A stretch of DNA of 63,427 nt, the filler included, from Welwitschia mirabilis (taxonomy: Eukaryota), in NCBI GenBank assembly GCA_051453625.1. It is 7 parts of one record of this genome, joined end to end, with 100 filler letters (N's around TTAATTAATTAA, not from the genome) between each part and the next. Parts side by side here need not be neighbours in the genome. Positions count along the whole stretch, not along the records: positions 41,583 to 53,347 come from JBOZIK010000001.1; positions 53,448 to 59,723 come from JBOZIK010000001.1; positions 59,824 to 63,427 come from JBOZIK010000001.1; 4 more parts are not named here. One strand, 5' to 3'. The translations under genes and the position numbers were made by a program. Positions 53,347 to 63,427 of this stretch are shown one piece after another; position 1 is the first letter of the stretch; each line of letters starts with the position of its first letter. The notes under the pieces are model-generated. The model had not been told where the DNA came from. It saw only the letters and a list, made by a program, of their open reading frames with translations, and ran no database searches.

Positions 53347-54172
53347 ANNNNNNNNNNNNNNNNNNNNNNNNNNNNNNNNNNNNNNNNNNNNTTAATTAAT
53401 TAANNNNNNNNNNNNNNNNNNNNNNNNNNNNNNNNNNNNNNNNNNNNGAGGAGGACGACAGACTCCAAAACAGCTAATTTGAAGAGGAAGGTGAAACTTA
53501 AAAAAGTTAGAAAACCAGAAAATATAGGAATGCAACTAAACAAAGAGAGTGATCTAAGAAATAAAATGAATAAAGAGCCTAAAATGTGAATGCCTGATGG
53601 AGCAGTGGAAAATGATAATAGAGGAAAAATACACCAAGAAAAAAATACTATGCAAAGATGCCTCAAATATGCCCATATGCATAAAAAATTAAAACTCATT
53701 AGATCAAGAAAACCTACTAGAAAGAAACAACCATTCTCTAAAAATCATAAAAAAAAACTAGAAAATGATTAGGTCCATGATATGATGCTGAAAAGTATAA
53801 ATAAATGACTTTGAAAATCCACAAAATCACAAAAGAAAAATAAAAATGAAAATGAATAACTAGGAATATGAAGAAGATTGCTTTATTACCCTAAATGCTA
53901 ACCTAATAAATTCCTAGAGTAACAATGATAAAATAACTTGAGTAATGATTCATAACATAATGTATAAATTCATAAATTTCCACTCAATTAGGTAATGATT
54001 ATGATGATGTCAAAAATGCTAATGTTATCAAGCAATAAATGATTAGATAAAAAACTATTAAAATACATGGACTTATAAGCTACCATGTCAAAATAAACAC
54101 TAAACTCCAGAAAGTAGAGTGATCATGTGGAAGTACTAAAAATAAATAAATAAAAAAAAGCAATTGATTTTT

Positions 54173-54329
54173 CCATGATAAGGGGAGTGCAACCATTATC
54201 AGAGGAGTAATGACCTATATATCATGCTCAACTGACCCCTCAGTGGAGTTTCCACAGCTATCATATCATACTACTAAAGGCCCCTCTCAAGAATATTTAC
54301 TCCAGTACACTTGCAGTAGGACATCATGA
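54173..54329. ncRNA. Putative structured RNA motif, copy D
   Basis: Same blocks as copies A and E; inside the 53448-54560 region duplicated at 57900-59530. Confidence 0.5.
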
Positions 54330-55681
54330 TTACCATGTATGTAAAGATATAACATGAAAGAGCATGGTAATTTATTTCTTTTTTATTCTTCTTTTTTTCT
54401 TTTTTTTTTTGTGTATCATTCCACATAATCAAGTACTTATAAGAATAAAAGTAAAGAAATGAGATCAGTAATAAAATAAGATCCTACAAAAACAACTAAT
54501 TTAATTACATCATTGAAAGACAATAAAAGAATCAAGGCATCTTCCTTTTAAATAAAGTTCATAGATGTTGTGATGTAAATTTATGCAATCTGAGAATCAC
54601 TTTAGATAACCTATAGATCATATAAANNNNNNNNNNNNNNNNNNNNNNNNNNNNNNNNNNNNNNNNNNNNNNNNNNNNNNNNNNNNNNNNNNNNNNNNNN
54701 NNNNNNNNNNNNNNNNNNNNNNNNNNNNNNNNNNNNNNNNNNNNNNNNNNNNNNNNNNNNNNNNNNNNNNNNNNNNNNNNNNNNNNNNNNNNNNNNNNNN
54801 NNNNNNNNNNNNNNNNNNNNNNNNNNNNNNNNNNNNNNNNNNNNNNNNNNNNNNNNNNNNNNNNNNNNNNNNNNNNNNNNNNNNNNNNNNNNNNNNNNNN
54901 NNNNNNNNNNNNNNNNNNNNNNNNNNNNNNNNNNNNNNNNNNNNNNNNNNNNNNNNNNNNNNNNNNNNNNNNNNNNNNNNNNNNNNNNNNNNNNNNNNNN
55001 NNNNNNNNNNNNNNNNNNNNNNNNNNNNNNNNNNNNNNNNNNNNNNNNNNNNNNNNNNNNNNNNNNNNNNNNNNNNNNNNNNNNNNNNNNNNNNNNNNNN
55101 NNNNNNNNNNNNNNNNNNNNNNNNNNNNNNNNNNNNNNNNNNNNNNNNNNNNNNNNNNNNNNNNNNNNNNNNNNNNNNNNNNNNNNNNNNNNNNNNNNNN
55201 NNNNNNNNNNNNNNNNNNNNNNNNNNNNNNNNNNNNNNNNNNNNNNNNNNNNNNNNNNNNNNNNNNNNNNNNNNNNNNNNNNNNNNNNNNNNNNNNNNNN
55301 NNNNNNNNNNNNNNNNNNNNNNNNNNNNNNNNNNNNNNNNNNNACGAAAAGAAAGAAATAAATAATGAAAATCTAGTCTACTAAAACAAGTCAACTTTAA
55401 TAAAGGTTGTTCTTATGATTTAAATAAATCAAAGCTTGTCACTTAATTAAGATCAACTTAAATCATAAGGGAGATGCATGATAATGAGATGAAAAAAGAG
55501 ATTATATTAACTCAAGTAAAATTAGAACAACATCCACTTACAAATCAGAATAACATCCACTTACAAATCAGANNNNNNNNNNNNNNNNNNNNNNNNNNNN
55601 NNNNNNNNNNNNNNNNNNNNNNNNNNNNNNNNNNNNNNNNNNNNNNNNNNNNNNNNNNNNNNNNNNNNNNNNNNNNNNNNN

Positions 55682-56350
55682 AAAGATGGAAACGGAAATA
55701 AAGGAGGAGAAGGGTTTTTATAGATTTTCAAAAGAGGGATTTGGAGGCAAATCCTAAAGATGGGAAACAGGAACCCTAATGATCCACATGAGTCATTTAA
55801 CCTCATTTACAATAGAATTTATTGTTACAATGTAAAAATAGTTGTCATCTCATATGTCGTCCACATGACCTAGGGGATGACACCGCCTTAACGGCTTAAG
55901 CAGTGTATCATGTGCTGTCATTGGCCTTGTGGATTGTCATGCGAGCAGTCCCAATGCTATCATCCTCTCTATCATCTAGACGATTATATGGATGATGCCC
56001 TATCAACATGTGCACCATGTGCTGCTATCGGTATCGCAAGCTACTATCCATATCAGCAGTCTAGTCATTGTGTGTGTCATAGGGATGACGAGTGGGACAA
56101 TGGTCTTCTTTTGTTCTCCTCTCCAAGGTAAATCAGTCTTTGTCTTATATAGTCCATCTTCCAATTTTGCAATATTAGAATAGGCTCAAGAAATTACCAA
56201 AAATGCTAGATATCACATGTTTCCTGATCATCTTATCATAACTTCATAGCTATCAGTATTTTATTAAAAACCTATATGAATGTCCTACAAAGATACTCAA
56301 AATACACCATCAAATTCCAACAAATTGGCATTGCAACATAGCCCCCTACT
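55682..56350 (-). mobile_element. 3' LTR (starting TGTTG at 56338 and running left) and PPT (56339-56350) of the minus-strand gypsy whose pol lies at 59824-63427
   Basis: + strand CAACA-TAGCCCCCTACT; the reverse complement is AGTAGGGGGCTA-TGTTG. Confidence 0.7.
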
Positions 56351-56993
56351 TAGCCTTGTCAGTTCCTACAAAGTAAGCGATCAACTAAATTAGGAGCTAA
56401 TTTATTTAACAAAGCAATAATGCCTAAAAAATGTAAATTGAGTCTATATAAAATGATATCATCGACAAGTAATTAATACAAGCACTAGAAAATTCCTAAG
56501 CCCCCTACTTAAACATGTCACTACAGAATGAATTCAATATAGAAATCATAGAGTGAAACTTGATGGCTTCTAAAAGTAAAACTGTGTATGCATGTTAGAG
56601 AACAAAAATAATGGATCATCGCACATTTTAAGTAGTTAAAAAGATATGGTTATAAAAACATGTACAAGCACTACTGAATCCTATATGATAAAGTGTGTCA
56701 ATGTTCTGAAAATTTCATAAAGAACTCATACAAAATCATCCAAAATTAGATCATGTAGCTTAGAAAGGAAAAATTTTGTGCTGATCATAAAAGAGATTAT
56801 GCCTAGAAAGGTGTCCTATTCACCTCACAGGAAAAGCAAGACGTCCCAAATTTCATCTAAAACCAATAACACAAAAAAAAGTGTCATCCACTATGTCGTG
56901 TGGATGACATATGAGGACAATAGACAAATAGCTGATATGATGAGGAATGTGAGACCTGGAAAACTCAGAAAATCAGAAAATGTAGGGATGCGA

Positions 56994-56995
<2 letters not shown>

Positions 56996-57056
<61 letters not shown>
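56996..57056. repeat. (GA)n microsatellite running into a gap
   Basis: About 28-30 GA units. Confidence 0.95.
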
Positions 57057-59131
57057 NNNNNNNNNNNNNNNNNNNNNNNNNNNNNNNNNNNNNNNNNNNN
57101 NNNNNNNNNNNNNNNNNNNNNNNNNNNNNNNNNNNNNNNNNNNNNNNNNNNNNNNNNNNNNNNNNNNNNNNNNNNNNNNNNNNNNNNNNNNNNNNNNNNN
57201 NNNNNNNNNNNNNNNNNNNNNNNNNNNNNNNNNNNNNNNNNNNNNNNNNNNNNNNNNNNNNNNNNNNNNNNNNNNNNNNNNNNNNNNNNNNNNNNNNNNN
57301 NNNNNNNNNNNNNNNNNNNNNNNNNNNNNNNNNNNNNNNNNNNNNNNNNNNNNNNNNNNNNNNNNNNNNNNNNNNNNNNNNNNNNNNNNNNNNNNNNNNN
57401 NNNNNNNNNNNNNNNNNNNNNNNNNNNNNNNNNNNNNNNNNNNNNNNNNNNNNNNNNNNNNNNNNNNNNNNNNNNNNNNNNNNNNNNNNNNNNNNNNNNN
57501 NNNNNNNNNNNNNNNNNNNNNNNNNNNNNNNNNNNNNNNNNNNNNNNNNNNNNNNNNNNNNNNNNNNNNNNNNNNNNNNNNNNNNNNNNNNNNNNNNNNN
57601 NNNNNNNNNNNNNNNNNNNNNNNNNNNNNNNNNNNNNNNNNNNNNNNNNNNNNNNNNNNNNNNNNNNNNNNNNNNNNNNNNNNNNNNNNNNNNNNNNNNN
57701 NNNNNNNNNNNNNNNNNNNNNNNNNNNNNNNNNNNNNNNNNNNNNNNNNNNNNNNNNNNNNNNNNNNNNNNNNNNNNNNNNNNNNNNNNNNNNNNNNNNN
57801 NNNNNNNTCCAACACAGGAGAAGCAAGACGTCCCAAATTTCATCTGAAACCAATAATACCAAAAAAAATATTGTTGTCCTCTATGTCATGGGGACGACAG
57901 AGTAGGACGACAGACAACAGCTGATATGGAGAGGAATTTAAGACCTAGAAGACTCAAAAAATCAAAGAATGCAGGGATGTAATTGAAGAGAGAGAGAGAG
58001 ACCTGAGAAATAAAATAATTAAAGGGCCCAAATAGTGAATGCATGATGGATAAGTGAAAAAGGATCATAAAGTGAAAATGTAATAAGGAAAAATACTGCT
58101 CAAAGATGCCTTAAATATGCCCAAATGCATGGAAAGTTGAATGCATTAGATGAAAGGAACCTATCAGAAAGAAACAACCATCCTCTAGAAAACACTACAA
58201 AAGAGTAAAAATTATGTAGGCCCATGATATAATGCTTGAAAAAGTAGAAGGAAATAATTTTGAAAATTCCAACAAAACAACTAAGGAAAAACAAAATGAA
58301 AATGGACAACTAGAAACATGAAGAAGANNNNNNNNNNNNNNNNNNNNNNNNNNNNNNNNNNNNNNNNNNNNNNNNNNNNNNNNNNNNNNNNNNNNNNNNN
58401 NNNNNNNNNNNNNNNNNNNNNNNNNNNNNNNNNNNNNNNNNNNNNNNNNNNNNNNNNNNNNNNNNNNNNNNNNNNNNNNNNNNNNNNNNNNNNNNNNNNN
58501 NNNNNNNNNNNNNNNNNNNNNNNNNNNNNNNNNNNNNNNNNNNNNNNNNNNNNNNNNNNNNNNNNNNNNNNNNNNNNNNNNNNNNNNNNNNNNNNNNNNN
58601 NNNNNNNNNNNNNNNNNNNNNNNNNNNNNNNNNNNNNNNNNNNNNNNNNNNNNNNNNNNNNNNNNNNNNNNNNNNNNNNNNNNNNNNNNNNNNNNNNNNN
58701 NNNNNNNNNNNNNNNNNNNNNNNNNNNNNNNNNNNNNNNNNNNNNNNNNNNNNNNNNNNNNNNNNNNNNNNNNNNNNNNNNNNNNNNNNNNNNNNNNNNN
58801 NNNNNNNNNNNNNNNNNNNNNNNNNNNNNNNNNNNNNNNNNNNNNNNNNNNNNNNNNNNNNNNNNNNNNNNNNNNNNNNNNNNNNNNNNNNNNNNNNNNN
58901 NNNNNNNNNNNNNNNNNNNNNNNNNNNNNNNNNNNNNNNNNNNNNNNNNNNNNNNNNNNNNNNNNNNNNNNNNNNNNNNNNNNNNNNNNNNNNNNNNNNN
59001 NNNNNNNNNNNNNNNNNNNNNNNNNNNNNNNNNNNNNNNNNNNNNNNNNNNNNNNNCCGATCTATCCATAAAGTAGAGCAATCATGTGGAAGTACTTAGA
59101 AATAAATGAAGAGAAAAAGTGATTTATTATT

Positions 59132-59288
59132 CCATGATAAGGGGAGTACAACCTCTATTAGAGGAGTAAGAACCTGCATAGCATGGCCAACTGACCCCCC
59201 AGTGAAGTTCCCATAGCTACCATATCACACTGCCAAAGGCCCCTCTCAGGAAAATTTGCCTTGGTGTGCTTGTGGTAAGACATCATGT
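59132..59288. ncRNA. Putative structured RNA motif, copy E
   Basis: Stems CTACCA/TGGTA, CACACTG/TGGTGTG, AAGGC/GCCTT; lies between the integrase and PPT of a minus-strand gypsy. Confidence 0.55.
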
Positions 59289-59823
59289 TACCATGTGTAT
59301 AAGGATATAACAAGAAAGAACATGGTAGTTTATTTTCTTGTCTTTGTTGCTTCTCTTTCTTTTTTTTTTTTTTGAGATGAATATCATTCCACATGATTAA
59401 GTACTTGTATGGATAAAAGTGAAGAAATGAGATGAGTAATAAAATAATATCCTACACAAACAACTAGTTACTTATATTATTATAAAATAATAAAAGAATC
59501 AAGGCATCTTCTTTCAGAATGAAGTTCATAGACATACAAATGTCTGAAAATTGGATGAAGCCAATTTTATCATTGTAAATGCTCAAAGTAAAATCTTACT
59601 TATCATGGAAACTTTATAAGTAGCTACAGATGTCAAGTTAGAGATGTTTAAGTAATAACATGATGTTAACCAAAGGAATGAGTTAAGAGAGATTTTAGAT
59701 AATGGAAAAAGAAAGATCTTCCTNNNNNNNNNNNNNNNNNNNNNNNNNNNNNNNNNNNNNNNNNNNNTTAATTAATTAANNNNNNNNNNNNNNNNNNNNN
59801 NNNNNNNNNNNNNNNNNNNNNNN

Positions 59824-62800
59824 GTTTGAGGATGATAAGCGCAAGCAACTCTATGTTCAACACTAATGGGTAGAAGAAGTTTTCAAAAGAGGTGGTTAAT
59901 GAAATGGGTATCTTGATCACTAATTATAATATGTGGAAATCTAAGTCTTTGAAAAATATGAGTACATACAAAGTTAAAAACAGTTTGGCATCATTTTTGG
60001 TGGTAGGAGCAGCTTCAACCCATTTAGTAACATAATCAACTGTTATTAAAATATAATTTTTTTAATTTGAAGATGGTAAAATTGGGCTCATAAAGTTGAT
60101 TTCTCAATAATCAAAAGGTACGCATTCAAGTATAGGTTTGAGGGACATATCATGAGAATGAATAAGACTATCATAACATTGACAAGCATTGCACTTTCGA
60201 GAAAAGTCAAATAAATCCTTAAAAAGAGTCGGCCAATAGAATCTAGAGTAGACAATTTTCANNNNNNNNNNNNNNNNNNNNNNNNNNNNNNNNNNNNNNN
60301 NNNNNNNNNNNNNNNNNNNNNNNNNNNNNNNNNNNNNNNNNNNNNNNNNNNNNNNNNNNNNGAATCTAGAGTAGACAATTTTCATGACAGTCTTTTGGCC
60401 ACTAAAGTATCTCCCACAAACTCCATCATGACAAAGTATTAGGATTTCCAAGGTCTCCCATTCAGGCACACATTTATGCATAATTTGATCTTTGCAATAC
60501 CTATAAAGATGTGGCTCATTCCACTCATAGTCATCGATCCTATGGAGAAAAGTTTTTCATTGATTATGCTTCTAATTCTGAGGAGTTTTCATAGTTACTA
60601 GATAATTGACAATGTCAGCATACCAAGGAGCAGGATGAGAGGAAGAAATATCATATAATTGTTTAATTGCAAAAAGTTGTTCATCGAGAAAGGAGTCATT
60701 AATCGGAGCTTCATTAATGAAGCAAGTAAGTCGAGAAGGATGGTCGGCCATACTATTATGTTTCCCAGCTTTATCAATGATGGTAAGATTGAATTCTTCC
60801 ATTAAAAGGATCCATCTAATAAGTCTAGCACTTGAATTTTTTTTATCATGAGATAACAAATGGTCACGTGATCTATGTAGACATTAATGTAAAAGCCAAG
60901 AAGATAATGTCGAAGATGGTCCAAGTAAAAAATGATAACAATCATTTCTCTCTTAGTGGTANNNNNNNNNNNNNNNNNNNNNNNNNNNNNNNNNNNNNNN
61001 NNNNNNNNNNNNNNNNNNNNNNNNNNNNNNNNNNNNNNNNNNNNNNNNNNNNNNNNNNNNNNNNNNNNNNNNNNNNNNNNNNNNNNNNNNNNNNNNNNNN
61101 NNNNNNNNNNNNNNNNNNNNNNNNNNNNNNNNNNNNNNNNNNNNNNNNNNNNNNNNNNNNNNNNNNNNNNNNNNNNNNNNNNNNNNNNNNNNNNNNNNNN
61201 NNNNNNNNNNNNNNNNNNNNNNNNNNNNNNNNNNNNNNNNNNNNNNNNNNNNNNNNNNNNNNAGAATCCATCTAATGAGTCTAGCACTTGAATATTTTTT
61301 TGTCATAAGATAATGGATAGCAGTGTGATCAATGTAGACATTGATGTGAAAACTAAGAAGATAATGTCGAAGATGGTCCAAGGAAAAAATGATAGCAAGC
61401 ATTTCTCTCTCAGTGGTCATATAGTTGGATTGGGTATTTGTCAAAGTTTTGATAAGGTAAGATATAAATTTAAATCCATTCTCATATTTTTGACCTAGAA
61501 CCCTTTCCCCTACAGTAATATTGCTCGCATCACATATAAGTTAAAGTCTTTGTTCCAATCAGGACTTGTGACAATAGGTGCAAAAGAGATTTTTTCTTTA
61601 AGAGTTTCAAAAGCCAGCTCGCAAGAATCCGACCATTTGAATTTAACATCTTTTTCAAGTAGAGAATGGAGTGATTTACAAGTTTTAGCATAGTCATGGA
61701 TGAAGCGGTGGTAGAAACTAGTATGTCCAAGGAAAGATTGAATTTGTTTGACATTTGTTGGAGGGTTAAGGTTTTAATAATATCTATTTTCCTGGGGTCC
61801 ATCTTAATCCCTTCCTTTGAAATATGGTGACCTAAAACAATTTCATGTTGAACAAGGAATAACCCACTTTCGATACATTTATCAAGGACTTTTTCTAATC
61901 TTAACATAGTTTATTCAAAAGTGTCACCAAAGATGGAAAAATCATCCATAAAGATTTCTATAGAGTCTTCTATCATATTAGAAAAGATTTTTATCATGGC
62001 TCTTTGGAAAGTTCTAGGGCATTGCAAAGTCCAAAAGGCATTCATTTAAAAGCAAAGGTTCCAAAGGGAGATGTAAAGGTGGTTTTAGCTTGATCTTCGC
62101 TTGCTATGTAAATTCGATTATAGCCACTATATCCATCAAGACAACAATAGTAAGCATGACCTTAAATTCAACCATGAACTTGATCAAGAAAAGGCAAAGG
62201 ACAATGATCTTTTTTGATAACCTCATTAATTCTTTTAAAGTCAATGCACATTCTTCATTTTCCTCCTTTTGTTGGTACTACAGTTAAGAGACTGACCCAC
62301 TCACTATCAGATATGACATAAATAATCCTGGCATCCATAAGTTTAATTATTTCCTCTTTGATAACTTGTTTAAGGGCTGGATTTAGTCTTCTTTGAGGCT
62401 ACCTAATAGGTTTTGCATTATCCTCAAGATAGATTTTATGCTAAACTATGAAAAGAGGAATGGCATCTAAATCTTTATGCGTCCAAGAAAAGGCATTTTT
62501 CTTTGACTCTAAAAGTGAAGTTAAGTCCGATTCTTATTGAGGAGTAAGATTATCATTGATTATTATAGGTTCCATTTGATTTTTAGATAAAGATATGTAT
62601 TTTAGATCTTTGGGTAATTTTTTAAGATCATGGTTGTTAAGATGGGTTGTTGTCCTGTCTATTGTGGAGACGACAATAAGGGAATGATACTCTTCAAAGA
62701 GTTTTTTTATAAAGTAAAGATGTTAGATTTCTTTCTTATCCCCTAAAATTTCTTCCTTAGATTCAAAATAATTTATTTCAATTAGGTCATCATACAGAGT

Positions 62801-63427
62801 TGGCTTATGAAGCATAATTAATCTCTCCTCTATGAGCTAGTGTTGTAAGAATAAAGTTGGTCTTAAACCATCTTCAATGTTAAAATCAGTTCCTATGTTA
62901 TTTTCAGTAGCATCAAAGACCCTAATGGTAATTTCTTTATTGTTAAAGTGGTATCTCATCATTCCGGATTGAGTGTCAATGATACAATGAGCTGTAGCTC
63001 AAAAGACTCTTCCTAGAAGTAGTGGATACCCTCCATCATGATCTATTACAATTATGACCACATTAATGGGATAAAAAGCTTCCTCAATTTGGATTAGTAA
63101 GTCCTTGATGATTCCTAATGGTTTCTTAATTAAGGTATCAGGTAGCTCTAGGATAAAAGGTATAGGTTTAATTCTGCTTTCTAAACTAAGTCTCTTGCAT
63201 ATATGAAAAGGTATAATGTTTACACTTGTACCTATATCAATCAAAGCCTTTCTAATTCATTTATTTTCCTCTAAAGTAATGCTAACAGTTACAGCCCTAG
63301 GATCTTTAAATTTAGGACAATTCTTCATCACTAAGCTGAAAAGAGATTGGGTGAGAAATACTTTACTTAGGATGAAACATTTTTATTTTCTTCTCACTAA
63401 ATCCTTCAATAACTTAGAATATTTGGG
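59824..63427 (-). pseudogene. Ty3/gypsy (Athila-like) pol pseudogene (protease, RT, RNase H, integrase), running off the window
   Basis: KALIDIGTSVNIIP..YPLLLGRVF, ISDSEWVSLLTVV, DGYSGYN, IFMDDFSIFG, ICDASN, YMTTEREMLAI, PWYADIVNYL, CHDGVCG..FYWPTLFKD, ILECVPFDY. Confidence 0.93.

Noticed and set aside
55910-56183. Cys/His-rich small ORFs
   Set aside because: They lie inside an LTR rich in deaminated CG repeats (TG/CA), which generates Cys and His codons by chance.

Overview
Very AT-rich, gap-riddled land-plant nuclear DNA (not prokaryotic), made almost entirely of old, nested, decayed transposable elements; no intact protein-coding gene, rRNA, tRNA or CRISPR array is supported. Readable parts: a full-length Ty1/copia element with LTRs, PBS and a 5-bp TSD (7734-14674); several Athila-like Ty3/gypsy gag-pol pseudogenes; a LINE endonuclease/RT fragment; a probable solo LTR with TSD (41392-43335); and a non-autonomous CACTA-like element (26157-30034) containing an intronless Alfin-like (PAL+PHD) pseudogene. 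Decay is dominated by C>T/G>A changes. Six artificial N-TTAATTAATTAA-N spacers and many duplications flanking N-gaps are assembly features. The most interesting unexplained signals are a ~160-185 nt multi-stem, possibly pseudoknotted motif found five times in two sequence variants, the Alfin retrocopy inside a CACTA, and a short hairpin-repeat array. All identifications come from manual reading and translation; no database search or folding program was run.
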